This document shows positions 50,958 through 60,828 of a stretch of 64,000 bases of DNA, in pieces. The first letter of the stretch is position 1; each line of letters begins with the position of its first letter. The translations under genes were made by a program, and so were the position numbers. The notes below the pieces were generated by a model that saw only the letters and a program-made list of their open reading frames with translations, was not told the DNA's origin and made no database searches. The stretch lies in contig CAXXLX010000001.1 in assembly GCA_963665235.2 (NCBI GenBank), positions 1,952,001 through 2,016,000 of the forward strand, given 5' to 3'. Source of the DNA: Candidatus Poribacteria bacterium. Lineage in GTDB: Bacteria; Poribacteria; WGA-4E; WGA-3G.

Positions 50958-52658
50958 ATGCAAAAAATTAACCTTAATAATAAAACACCGTCCCTCTATC
51001 CGCTTCTCATCTCTATCCTCATCTCGACTTTTATAGGGGGACAACACTATATGCCTGCAGCAGCGCAGCCGCTCTTCGTTGACACTACCGAGGCAGCGGG
51101 CATTAAATTTGAACACACCGACGGGAGAAGCGGTGTCCGACTTTTCAATGAATTTCTCGGCTCCGGCGGCGGTTTTTTCGATTATGACGCTGATGGTGAC
51201 CTGGACATCTATCTTGTCAACGGCGCAGTTCAGACAGGAGACGCGCAAACCGAAACACCACGTAACGTGCTTTATCGCAACAACGGAGATGGAACGTTCA
51301 CCAATGTCACGCAAACAGCCGGTGTCGGCAGTACTGCTTACGGTGCAGGCGCAACGGTTGGCGATTACGATAACGATGGCGACCTTGACCTTTACGTCAC
51401 CAATTTTGGCGAAGACCAACTTTACCGAAACAACGGAGATAGCACATTTACAGATGTCACAAAACTGGCGAAAGTCGCCAATCCGAACTGGGGGACAAGT
51501 TGTGCTTTCGCGGATATTGATAACGATGGCGATTTAGACCTCTATATAGCAAATTACGCAGCATATCACACCAAGGCGGATAAGAGGTGTGAAGAGCGAG
51601 GCGTTCACGTCTACTGCGGGCCCCACGCCTATCCCGCTGTTCACGATACGTTTTATAAAAACAACGGAGATGGAACGTTTACAGATGTCTCAAACGTATA
51701 CCGTCCTTCAGACCTGATTCCGCAGCACGGATTGGGCGTAACGTTCGGGGATTACGACAGCGATGGGGATATAGATTTATACGTGGCAAATGATCAAGAT
51801 CCAAACTTCCTATTTCAAAACAGTGGAAAAGAAAATTTTTTAGAGATTGCCTTAATTTCCGGAGTTTGCTATAATGATATGGGTAAAGAGGAAGCCGGAA
51901 TGGGCACCGACTTCGGTGACTATAACAACGATGGACAGCTTGACCTTACTGTCAGCAACTATCAGACAGAAACAAATACGCTTTACCATAATCACGACGG
52001 CTCTTTTTTTATAGACAATACCATTGTGTCAGGTATAGCCGAGGTGACACACGGGTACCTCGGATGGGGTATCAAGTTCTTTGATTACGACAACGATGGA
52101 TACCAAGATATCTTTGTCGCAAACGGACACGTGATGGACAACATAAACCAACTTGAAAAGCACGTGACCTATCCACAAAAAAATCTGCTGTTTCGGAATT
52201 TAGGCGATGGGACGTTCGCTCATGTCGTATCTCAGACCGGCGGTTTAGCGTTGAAAAAGGTCAGCCGGGGCACAGCTATCGGCGATTACGACAACGATGG
52301 CGACCTTGATATCCTGGTCACGAACTGCAATCAACGCCCGGATCTTTTGCAAAACACGGTCGGCAATCGAAACAATTGGATACAAATTCAGGTTGTCGGC
52401 AAACAGAGCAATCGTTCCGGCATTGGGGCAAAACTAAAGATTGTGACCGGCACACACGTTCAGTACCGGGAGGTGCAGAGCGGGGGGAGTTATCTCTCCT
52501 TCCATGACCTGCGCGCCCATTTTGGTGTCGGAAAAGCGGAACAGATTGAACTTCTTGAGATTCGGTGGCCCACGGGGCAAATTGACCGAGCCACGCAGCT
52601 TCCTGCCAATCAACGGTTTTTGGCAGTTGAAGGGAGCGAAATCGTTCCGATACATTAA
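50958..52658 (+). CDS. CRTAC1-family FG-GAP / ASPIC-UnbV protein
   Basis: Repeated DYDNDGDLDL, YRNNGDGTFTDV, GGSYLS...HFGVG...IRWP. Confidence 0.9.
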   Translation: MQKINLNNKTPSLYPLLISILISTFIGGQHYMPAAAQPLFVDTTEAAGIKFEHTDGRSGVRLFNEFLGSGGGFFDYDADGDLDIYLVNGAVQTGDAQTETPRNVLYRNNGDGTFTNVTQTAGVGSTAYGAGATVGDYDNDGDLDLYVTNFGEDQLYRNNGDSTFTDVTKLAKVANPNWGTSCAFADIDNDGDLDLYIANYAAYHTKADKRCEERGVHVYCGPHAYPAVHDTFYKNNGDGTFTDVSNVYRPSDLIPQHGLGVTFGDYDSDGDIDLYVANDQDPNFLFQNSGKENFLEIALISGVCYNDMGKEEAGMGTDFGDYNNDGQLDLTVSNYQTETNTLYHNHDGSFFIDNTIVSGIAEVTHGYLGWGIKFFDYDNDGYQDIFVANGHVMDNINQLEKHVTYPQKNLLFRNLGDGTFAHVVSQTGGLALKKVSRGTAIGDYDNDGDLDILVTNCNQRPDLLQNTVGNRNNWIQIQVVGKQSNRSGIGAKLKIVTGTHVQYREVQSGGSYLSFHDLRAHFGVGKAEQIELLEIRWPTGQIDRATQLPANQRFLAVEGSEIVPIH

Positions 52659-52672
52659 AAATTGTGTGATTT

Positions 52673-53464
52673 ATGAAAACGAAATCCCTATTTGTAATGC
52701 TCATATTCATAACGTTTGCTATCCCCTCGGTTCAAGCAGCAAATGAACCGGACGATTCGCTTATCCTCTACATGTCTTTTGATAAAATTGATGGAATACG
52801 GACGACTGACCACTCAAACTATGAAAATCATGGCGAAACGAGGGGCAATCCAAAACACGTTCAAGGCAAATTCGGTAAAGCCCTCCAATTTAACGGGGTC
52901 TCCGAATTTGTTGAAATTCCACATCACGAATCGCTTACCGTAGAGCAGGATGTCACGGTCATGGCATGGATTCATACTGAGAGACATACAGGTCCTGATA
53001 ACGCGCGATGGCAAGGTATTATGGCAAAGGGCAATAACCCGCGTTCCTACAGTTTGTGGACTGAAGCAAATAGTAAATGTTTGCACCTTAGCGTAGGTCC
53101 ACCACAAGGGGGTGGGAGTGTGTGCCAAGGTGAAATCAAGCTAAACGAATGGCAACATGTTGTCGCACAAGTGAGTGATGGCACGCACCGGTATTGGATT
53201 AACGGGCAGAAGGTTGGTGAAGTCGGTAACAAGCCGAATCCGCCCGGCGCAGCAGATACATCCCCCGTCGTCATCGGAACTGCGGGGGGCGGAAACATCC
53301 GATACTTCCTCGGTATGATTGACGAAGTCCGTATCTGGAACCGTGCCCTCTCTGAAGAAGAGATCCAGACACAGATGACTAAAGGGCATTTTGAAATTTT
53401 TTCTGTTGACCCTCAACAAAAAATAACCACTACTTGGGGTAACCTGAAGGCTCAACAGCGATAA
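52673..53464 (+). CDS. Secreted LamG-like jellyroll protein
   Basis: Signal peptide, GKFGKALQFNG, IDEVRIWNRALS, TTWGNLK tail. Confidence 0.88.
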   Translation: MKTKSLFVMLIFITFAIPSVQAANEPDDSLILYMSFDKIDGIRTTDHSNYENHGETRGNPKHVQGKFGKALQFNGVSEFVEIPHHESLTVEQDVTVMAWIHTERHTGPDNARWQGIMAKGNNPRSYSLWTEANSKCLHLSVGPPQGGGSVCQGEIKLNEWQHVVAQVSDGTHRYWINGQKVGEVGNKPNPPGAADTSPVVIGTAGGGNIRYFLGMIDEVRIWNRALSEEEIQTQMTKGHFEIFSVDPQQKITTTWGNLKAQQR

Positions 53465-53565
53465 AATGGACGTTCATTTCTGATACGTCCTTAAATAAAG
53501 GCCCCTGCTGTGTATACAAGAAATACCTGCGGGCCCTTTCGAATCTATAACTAAGGAGGAGAGAT

Positions 53566-54339
53566 ATGAAATCTCTGATAGTCATGTTAGCACTTCTAAC
53601 GTTTGCGGCATCTTTTGCCCATGCGTTGAACGAACCGGAGGATGCGCTCATCCTCTACATGTCTTTTGACACAGTTGATGGAAAAACCACCCTCGACCAT
53701 TCAAAGTATGAAAACAATGGCGAAATGAAGGGTAATCCGAAACATGTTGCCGGTAAATTCGGTAAAGCCTTAGAATTCAACGGTCAAGATGATTGGATCG
53801 AAATCCCACATCATGATACACTCACCGTTGATAAGAATGTTACCGTCATGGCTTGGATTCATACTGAGAGACACATGGGACCGAATAACCAGCGTTGGCA
53901 AGGTATTCTAGCGAAAAGCAACAACCCGCGTTCCTACAGCTTCTATACCGAATCTCCAAGTCAATGTTTGCACTTCGTTTCTGGCGGTGGTAGCGTTTGT
54001 GAAGGCAAAGTTGCCCTCAATGAGTGGCAGCATGTTGCTGCACAATTGGATAATGGAACACACCGGTATTGGATTAATGGTAAAAATGTTGGGGAATACC
54101 CTAACAAATCGAATCCGCCCGGTAAAGCTGATACATCCGTTGTTTTCATTGGAACAACAGCGGAAGGCGCGAACCGAAGGTTCCTCGGATTGATTGATGA
54201 AGTCCGCATCTGGAACCGCGCACTTACCGAAGATGAGGTCGTCGAGCAGATGAATAGGGGACATTTTGAACTCTTCCCTGTCGACCCACAGCATAAATTG
54301 GCAACAACGTGGGGCACCCTGAAAGCTCGCGAACAGTAA
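53566..54339 (+). CDS. Secreted LamG-like jellyroll protein (paralog 2)
   Basis: Same motifs; KLATTWGTLK tail. Confidence 0.88.
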   Translation: MKSLIVMLALLTFAASFAHALNEPEDALILYMSFDTVDGKTTLDHSKYENNGEMKGNPKHVAGKFGKALEFNGQDDWIEIPHHDTLTVDKNVTVMAWIHTERHMGPNNQRWQGILAKSNNPRSYSFYTESPSQCLHFVSGGGSVCEGKVALNEWQHVAAQLDNGTHRYWINGKNVGEYPNKSNPPGKADTSVVFIGTTAEGANRRFLGLIDEVRIWNRALTEDEVVEQMNRGHFELFPVDPQHKLATTWGTLKAREQ

Positions 54340-54427
54340 ACGCAAGAGTAGACTCACCTCTAGCTCTATTATTTTTTTTGAACCGGACAACTTCCGGAAT
54401 TTTCAAAACGCAATTTAGGAGGAAATA

Positions 54428-55204
54428 ATGACCATGAGATTTATGTTTGTTGTATTAATTCTCACCGCGTTCGTAGCGTCTTTCGCTAACGCCGCTGAAG
54501 AGGCGGATGATTCACTCATCCTCTACTTCTCTTTTGATGAATTGGATGGCGATACCGCAATTGACCATTCACAGTATGAGAATAACGGTGCCGTCCAAGG
54601 CGCACCTGCCCTAGTAGATGGTAAGTTCGGAAAGGCACTCAAATTTAACGGCGAAAGTGATTGGATTGAAGTGCCACACGACCCCAGTCTTAACGTTGAA
54701 ACGAGTGTCACCGTCATGGCATGGATTAATGCTGAAAGACACACGGGACCGAATAACCAACGTTGGCAAGGTATTTTAGCGAAAAGCAACAATCCGCGTT
54801 CCTACAGCTTCTACACCGAATCCCCGAGTGAATGTTTGCACCTCGCCGCAGGCGGCGGTAGCGTTTGCACCGGAAAAGTTGAGCTCAACAAATGGCAACA
54901 TGTTGTTGGACAAGTTGATGATGGTACACATAGGTACTGGATTAACGGCGAAAACGTTGGGGAATTTAGCGGCAAGGGGGCTTTACCAGGAGCTGCTGAT
55001 ACATCACCTGTTTATGTCGGAACCACGGCAGAAGGCGCGAACCGAAGATTCCTCGGATTGATTGACGAAGTTCGCATCTGGAATCGCGCACTTACCGAAG
55101 AAGAGGTTATCCAAGAGATGGAAATGGGATATCCAGCCGGAACAGCTGTCGATGCCCGCGATAAACTCGCTACAACGTGGGGCACCCTAAAAGCTCGTAG
55201 ATAA
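54428..55204 (+). CDS. Secreted LamG-like jellyroll protein (paralog 3)
   Basis: Same motifs; KLATTWGTLK tail. Confidence 0.88.
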   Translation: MTMRFMFVVLILTAFVASFANAAEEADDSLILYFSFDELDGDTAIDHSQYENNGAVQGAPALVDGKFGKALKFNGESDWIEVPHDPSLNVETSVTVMAWINAERHTGPNNQRWQGILAKSNNPRSYSFYTESPSECLHLAAGGGSVCTGKVELNKWQHVVGQVDDGTHRYWINGENVGEFSGKGALPGAADTSPVYVGTTAEGANRRFLGLIDEVRIWNRALTEEEVIQEMEMGYPAGTAVDARDKLATTWGTLKARR

Positions 55205-55223
55205 CTGTCTATTCACGTATCAC

Positions 55224-55250
55224 CTGTAGGTGGGTCGAACCCACCTACAG
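55224..55250. repeat. Palindromic GTAG-type REP or terminator hairpin with perfect 11-bp arms
   Basis: CTGTAGGTGGG-tcgaa-CCCACCTACAG. Confidence 0.6.
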
Positions 55251-55274
55251 CTTTCAAAGGAGGACACGGACAAA

Positions 55275-55676
55275 GTGAAAGGTAAATTTATAACGTCAAA
55301 AGAGGTCGAACGGGACCATTTGGACTGGGGCACCATCGGGTGGTTGAGCCGCCCAGAAACGACGAATGCGAAAGATATTGTCGCAATGGAAGTTAGCCTC
55401 TCCCCCGGATACGGACACGATTTTCATAAACACCCCGACCAAGAAGAGGTTATCTACGTCATCGAAGGCAGTGTGGAGCAGTGGCTTGAAGATAAGAAGC
55501 AAACCCTGAACGCGGGCGATTCTGTCTTCATCGCAGCGGATGTCGTCCATGCATCCTTTAATGTCTCATCTCAACCCGCAAAACTCTTTGTTACCCTAAG
55601 CCCCAGCAAAGGGGAAGAGGGGTATCAACTCATCGACGTTTACGATGAAGCACCGTGGAATACACTCCGCTCGTGA
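55275..55676 (+). CDS. Cupin domain protein
   Basis: HDFHKHPDQEEVIYVIEG...GD..FI....H; GTG start after AGGAGG. Confidence 0.88.
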   Translation: MKGKFITSKEVERDHLDWGTIGWLSRPETTNAKDIVAMEVSLSPGYGHDFHKHPDQEEVIYVIEGSVEQWLEDKKQTLNAGDSVFIAADVVHASFNVSSQPAKLFVTLSPSKGEEGYQLIDVYDEAPWNTLRS

Positions 55677-55712
55677 TTTTAACTTATATCATTTCTAATT
55701 GAAAATGTCTCT

Positions 55713-56048
55713 TTATTGTAGCATAAACTTCCAGTTTGTGCCGTTCTTGTAGCATAAACTTCCAGTTTGTGCCGTTATTGTAGCATAAACTTCCAGTTTG
55801 TGCCGTTCTTGTAGCATAAACTTCCAGTTTGTGCCGTTCTTGTAGCATAAACTTCCAGTTTGTGCCGTTCTTGTAGCATAAACTTCCAGTTTGTGCCGTT
55901 CTTGTAGCATAAACTTCCAGTTTGTGCCGTTATTGTAGCATAAACTTCCAGTTTGTGCCGTTATTGTAGCATAAACTTCCAGTTTGTGCCGTTCTTGTAG
56001 CATAAACTTCCAGTTTGTGCCGTTCTTGTAGCATAAACTTTTAGTTTG
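55713..56048. repeat. Tandem array of 11 x 31-bp REP-like units (no spacers) inside a MITE
   Basis: TT(A/C)TTGTAGCATAAACTTCCAGTTTGTGCCG at a 31-bp period from 55713 to 56023; last copy degenerate. Confidence 0.95.
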
Positions 56049-56129
56049 GGTCTTCCGTTCTCCGTTTCATTTCTAACAACCGGTAATGATAGAATAATTA
56101 ATAAAAATGGTATTAGGAGTTGGACAAAC

Positions 56130-56960
56130 ATGCTTGGAACATCGGTACCCGAAACAGTCGCACCCCTGCGCCAACAAATGCGCGAATTCTATGAAACCTC
56201 GGAGGCTTACAAGCAGCTCCTCGCTGCACACGATGAAACCTACCTCCGACATTACGTAGAATTGGTAACCCGTTATGCCCCGCCTGAGGCGAAAGTCCTT
56301 GACCTCGGCTGCGGAAACGGCATCTCCGCGCGGCTGCTCAATCAGGCACATTTCGATGTCGTTGGAGCAGACATCTCCCCACTCTTCCTTGAGGAAGCAC
56401 AAGCGTGGGAAAACCCACGGCTACAGTATAGGGTCTGCGACGTGCTAGAACTTCCGTTTGAAGCGGAGTCATTTGATGTTATCTGCTCAAACGAGCTCAT
56501 TGAACACCTGCCCGACGTTGAAACGGCATTAACCGAGATGATGCGGGTTGTACGGAAGGGCGGCAGAATTGTGCTGTCCGGACCGAACCTCTGTTCACCG
56601 ATAACCCCGTTTCTAGATTGGGTAGCACTCATGTGTGGTAAAGCGGGCCGACCTATATGGGGGGAAACGAAACGGCAAACGTTGCAAAACCTTGGACGCA
56701 ACTGTCGGCTTTATGTGCAGAAACGATTTGCAAGAAAACCGCCACAGTTCATCTATCGAACACCCGATTTACAGGCAGATGCCATCGGCGGCGATGCCGA
56801 CAGTGCATATTATGCTAACCCCATCGACCTCGCCCAATTTTTTCGGTTGCATGGGTTCACGGTTGTCAAAAAAGCGGTTGGCTTCGGCATAAAGGGCAGA
56901 ATTGTCGCCAACATGTTTCCGTATTTGAGCCCTTATATCACTATGGTCGTCCAGAAATGA
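56130..56960 (+). CDS. Class I SAM-dependent methyltransferase
   Basis: VLDLGCGNG, LPFEAESFD, EHLPD; AGGAG RBS before the ATG at 56130. Confidence 0.9.
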   Translation: MLGTSVPETVAPLRQQMREFYETSEAYKQLLAAHDETYLRHYVELVTRYAPPEAKVLDLGCGNGISARLLNQAHFDVVGADISPLFLEEAQAWENPRLQYRVCDVLELPFEAESFDVICSNELIEHLPDVETALTEMMRVVRKGGRIVLSGPNLCSPITPFLDWVALMCGKAGRPIWGETKRQTLQNLGRNCRLYVQKRFARKPPQFIYRTPDLQADAIGGDADSAYYANPIDLAQFFRLHGFTVVKKAVGFGIKGRIVANMFPYLSPYITMVVQK

Positions 56961-57796
56961 ATATTCGCGCAAACGATTTTGTCTTAGAGATAGGGAGCGG
57001 CCACAATCCGAAGGCACGGTCCAATGTCTTGTGCGATAAATTCATAACCGATGACGAACAACGCGGCGGAACGATTGTAACCGACCGGCCGATAGTGGAA
57101 GCGGATGGACAATTTCTGCCTTTCGCAGATGGCGCATTTGACTACGTTATCTGTTCACATGTCCTAGAACATGTTGAAACACCCGAGCTGCTTATCTCCG
57201 AATTGATGCGTGTAGCCCCCCGCGGCTATATTGAAACACCCTCCGAAGTGGGTGAACGTATCTACGGATGGCATTATCATAATTGGGTCGTTAACCTCAT
57301 TGATGGTCGGCTGGTACTACAAAAAAACGATAAACGTGCCGAATTTGGACAGCTTTTTCACACCTTAGCGGCAAAAGATAAGTCCTGGCGTAGGTTTCAT
57401 ATTACGCACCACCGCCTTTTCCTGGTCCAATACGAATGGGAAGGCAAAATCGACTATGAGATAGTAGACGCACAAGAATCACCATTGGACCTGACATGTC
57501 CGCAGACAATAGAGGAACTCCTCACACCGACGGTTTCAAAACAGACGCAACACGGCTTTTTACTAATTCTTAAAAGTTTAGTGCCACGTAGTGTTGCATC
57601 TCGCGCCAAATCGCTTTTAGCAAAACGGAGAAGTCGTCAAACGAAAACATTGAAGGAGATTATAGTTTGTCCGCAGTGTAAAGGCGAAATCTTATGGGAA
57701 GCAGACAGCCTTCACTGTGAAACGTGCGTTCAGAACTACCCAATTATTGATGGAATTCCGAGATTTACAAACGATGTAGAAACAAAAAACGCATAG
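56957..57796 (+). CDS. Methyltransferase-like protein with a C-terminal Trm112-like zinc ribbon
   Basis: VLEIGSG, FDYVICSHVLEH; CPQCKG...CETC...YPIIDGIPRF. Confidence 0.8.
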   Translation: MNIRANDFVLEIGSGHNPKARSNVLCDKFITDDEQRGGTIVTDRPIVEADGQFLPFADGAFDYVICSHVLEHVETPELLISELMRVAPRGYIETPSEVGERIYGWHYHNWVVNLIDGRLVLQKNDKRAEFGQLFHTLAAKDKSWRRFHITHHRLFLVQYEWEGKIDYEIVDAQESPLDLTCPQTIEELLTPTVSKQTQHGFLLILKSLVPRSVASRAKSLLAKRRSRQTKTLKEIIVCPQCKGEILWEADSLHCETCVQNYPIIDGIPRFTNDVETKNA

Positions 57797-57837
57797 GGGG
57801 CGGTTTTTCCGTATAGTTTTCCAAACCGCGAATCATA

Positions 57838-58815
57838 ATGAATTTAGTTCCAAAAGAATTTATCCGCGTCATGCCAGATGTCCTCCGCGGGTTCGTCAGT
57901 AAAGCGTTCCAGAAGGCTGGAACCTCGGCAGAAGATGCCGCGCATATAGCAAACCTATTAGTTCTCACCGACCTGCGCGGCGTGTTCAGTCATGGCACGC
58001 GCCAAGTGCCGGGTTATATCGGAATGATGCTTGATGGCAAAGTCAATCCACGTCCAAACGTCCGTTGCATCGATGAATCCCCAACAACAGCCGTCTACGA
58101 CGGTGATGGCGGTATGGGACATTTCGCCGCATATCACGCTGCAAAAGCCGCTGTCAAAAAAGCCAAAGAGATGGGACTCGGTGCCGCAACGAGCCGGAAT
58201 CACTTCCACTTCGGGGGTGCTGGCAAATATTCACGACTCGCGCTTGAAGCCGATTGCGTGGGGTTCGCGGTCTCCTGTCACCGCTTTCGACACAATCCCA
58301 ACGGCGTAATTGCCACTGCAACCGGTGCCTCACCGATGAGCTTTGCAATTCCCGCCGGCAACCAACCTCCTATAGTTGTCGATATGGCAATCGGTATCGA
58401 TTCCAGAGTGCCGTTGGAGCAAGCGTTTCAACAGAGCCCCGCTGCCTTCTTCAAAATGTTAGGTTTGAGTCATGTGAGCCATGCCCTCGGTGGATTTGTG
58501 GCAGGTATATGGTTGTTCGATAAACCACCGGAGCCCCCAGAAATCTGGGAAGGTGCCAATCAAGGCGGTTTCATCGCGGCGATTGACATCTCCCGATTCC
58601 GACCGATTGACGAGTTTAAAGCCGAAATCGACCAACATATCCACGACGCACGACAGATGCAACCCGCACCCGGTTATGACCGCTCGGACCTACCCGGCGG
58701 ATTAGAATGGGAACGCGAACAGGAATGGGCTGAAATCGGTATCCCGATTAGCGAAGGACATCGTGAACAGTTGAAAAACGTCGCTGAACGCGTTGGCATT
58801 TCGCTACCGTTCTAA
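57838..58815 (+). CDS. Ldh_2 (malate/L-lactate/sulfolactate-type) oxidoreductase
   Basis: DLRGVFSHG, DGDGGMG, HFHFG, LPG near the C-terminus. Confidence 0.85.
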   Translation: MNLVPKEFIRVMPDVLRGFVSKAFQKAGTSAEDAAHIANLLVLTDLRGVFSHGTRQVPGYIGMMLDGKVNPRPNVRCIDESPTTAVYDGDGGMGHFAAYHAAKAAVKKAKEMGLGAATSRNHFHFGGAGKYSRLALEADCVGFAVSCHRFRHNPNGVIATATGASPMSFAIPAGNQPPIVVDMAIGIDSRVPLEQAFQQSPAAFFKMLGLSHVSHALGGFVAGIWLFDKPPEPPEIWEGANQGGFIAAIDISRFRPIDEFKAEIDQHIHDARQMQPAPGYDRSDLPGGLEWEREQEWAEIGIPISEGHREQLKNVAERVGISLPF

Positions 58816-58961
58816 ATGTTAACTTCAGGAGGCAGTATCATCAAAAGGAGACTCGCCCTCCTTCAACAATCTAACGAGTTGTGCTAAATGACTTTTTGTC
58901 CAATATTATTTCACACAAACAGAACGTTTTGTCCGTGTTTCTCTTATGTTTGGACGCTCTT

Positions 58962-59610
58962 CAGTCCCATAGGGACGATATATTTATAGATAAGCGTTCC
59001 CCCTTTCTCTTTAGTCCCATAGGGACGATATGTTTGTCGGACAACATCCAAATCTGTGAGAAAAACAAAAACAATCAGTTAACTGACACAAGTCGTTAGT
59101 ATAATGTTTATTAAGAATGGAGAAAAGCATTGGTCCTCCGAGACAAACCTTGTTTACAGTTTTCAGTATCCTGTCATCTGGTGTCCGAAGTATCGGTGCC
59201 AGGTTTTAACCGAACGGATACAAAAACGCTTGCACCCGCTAATCTGTTGTAAACAAACCGAGTAGATTTTAAGGTGTGTGCCAGTGAGGTTATGCAAGAC
59301 CCTATGCATTTGATAATAGAAAACAACCCCAAAGTGCCATTTACACGGAAGGTTGGGCTGATAAAAGGTTTTACCTCTAGTGTGCTACGTAGAGGAGTTC
59401 GCATGCTTTATAGAATCTCGCTTACTTTGTTTGCGTCCGAGTTTAAATTTAGTCCTGTAGGGAGCTATCTTTATAGAAGTCAGAAGTTTGAGGTCCAAAA
59501 GCAGTTTTTAGTCCCGTAGGGACCTATCTTTATAGACAGCAAAAGAAGTTAGACGTCCGAGTTCGTCTCGGTGGACGAATCTATTCCGTAGGGATCACTA
59601 TCTTTATAGA
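58962..59610 (+). repeat. Five copies of a GTCCCRTAGGGAC...TTTATAGA palindromic repeat (some degenerate)
   Basis: Copies at about 58962, 59013, 59451, 59510 and 59584. Confidence 0.7.
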
Positions 59611-60748
59611 GGCAAGAAGGGTTTTTGGTTGTCCGATGCTTTCAAGAAATATCTTAAGTTTAAGCGGTATCCCTGCCATGCGCATTCTGTAGAGGCAGTT
59701 ATAGACGACTATTGCGGTGCAAGGCGTTCTTTTTTTGCAATAGGGAAAAATCTTAATCCCAGAGGCAGAAGCCGTCCAAACGGACATATAAATTCCACAC
59801 TTTCACCTGTAGTGCGACGGCTATCACCTATAAAGGCAGACTCCGATTGTCTATGGGTCAAGGACGCGAAGCTGTTTATAGTCCCAAGGTTGACAAGCTA
59901 TTCCATAGATTGGCAACCGAAGTATCCCTTGTCTACAACAAAACAACGCGTTGAGTTCCATGCAACGTCCCAGCCAAAAATAAAACACGGGACAGCCGTA
60001 TCGGTTTATATGAGGTGAAATACGGACCCAACCAGCTTTCGACGGATCACTGCCGAAATCTATCAACGGACGCGAACACCGCAGTAAAGTGCGGTATCGC
60101 GAGAAGTCCAAAGGGGGTCTCAACCGTAAACTCTCAAGATGCAAGCGAGGCAGTCGGCGTTGGAAAAAACTCAAGCGCGCCAAAGACTAAACTCCTTTTC
60201 AAAATAGCGTCGCAGTTACGTGACATGCGACACAAAATCACATCACGTGTTTGTTTCTTGTTGCTTTAAGCGAAAGATAGAAACGGATTGTTATTGGTGA
60301 TATTAAGCATATCCGACAATCCATAAACTACGGTAGAAAACCTCAACCGAAAAGTTACAACAGTGGGCATTAACTCGATTTAGAGAGATCGATTACCTAC
60401 AAAGTCAAAAGCACTTGGTATCAAAGTTGATACCCAAAACGAAGCCTATACCTCTCAAAACAGCCCAAGTTGCGGTAATCTTACGAACACCAGTCAATAC
60501 GCAACTATAAGATGGCCTCTTCAAGAATGCGGGTGGCATGGTCATAGAGATGTAGTCGAATGCGAGTAATATTCTCACAGCGTATGATGGTTACCTTTTT
60601 AACCCTGTAGTCGGGGTGGTGGTAACCCCCGTAGGTATCAGTGTATAATCCTCAAAAAATGTTGACAAAGAGGCGTGGTCACCGTTTTCGGGACTCATAT
60701 CAAGTAAACCGTCCATTGCCGCGGTCTGAAGCACACGCCTTTAGGCAG
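59117..60748 (+). mobile_element. Decayed IS200/IS605 element (tnpA and tnpB pseudogenes)
   Basis: tnpA fragments LVYSFQYPVIWCPKYR, DPMHL (degraded HUH), KGFTSSVLRR; tnpB fragments HSVEAVID, RDMRHKIT, IVIGDIK, NEAYTSQNSPSCG, CGWHGHRD spread over frames; right-end-like gaagcacacgcctttaggc. Confidence 0.8.
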
Positions 60749-60828
60749 TTCTTAACAAGATATGACGATGTTACCAAGGCCCTATCCAAGTAGCCGTTTA
60801 CAAAATTTAAAAGGAATCAAAAAACACG

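Noticed and set aside
55713-56003. 96-aa repetitive ORF on the minus strand
   Set aside because: It is a by-product of the 31-bp repeat cycling through frames, with no RBS.
55713-56048. CRISPR array
   Set aside because: The units are contiguous with no unique spacers (only an A/C variant), there are no cas genes in the window, and the unit also occurs singly as a REP-like element.
59117-60600. Active TnpB or Cas12-like system
   Set aside because: Both genes are fragmented by stops and frameshifts, and the HUH motif is degraded. The listed ORFs 59274, 59629 and 60015 are fragments.
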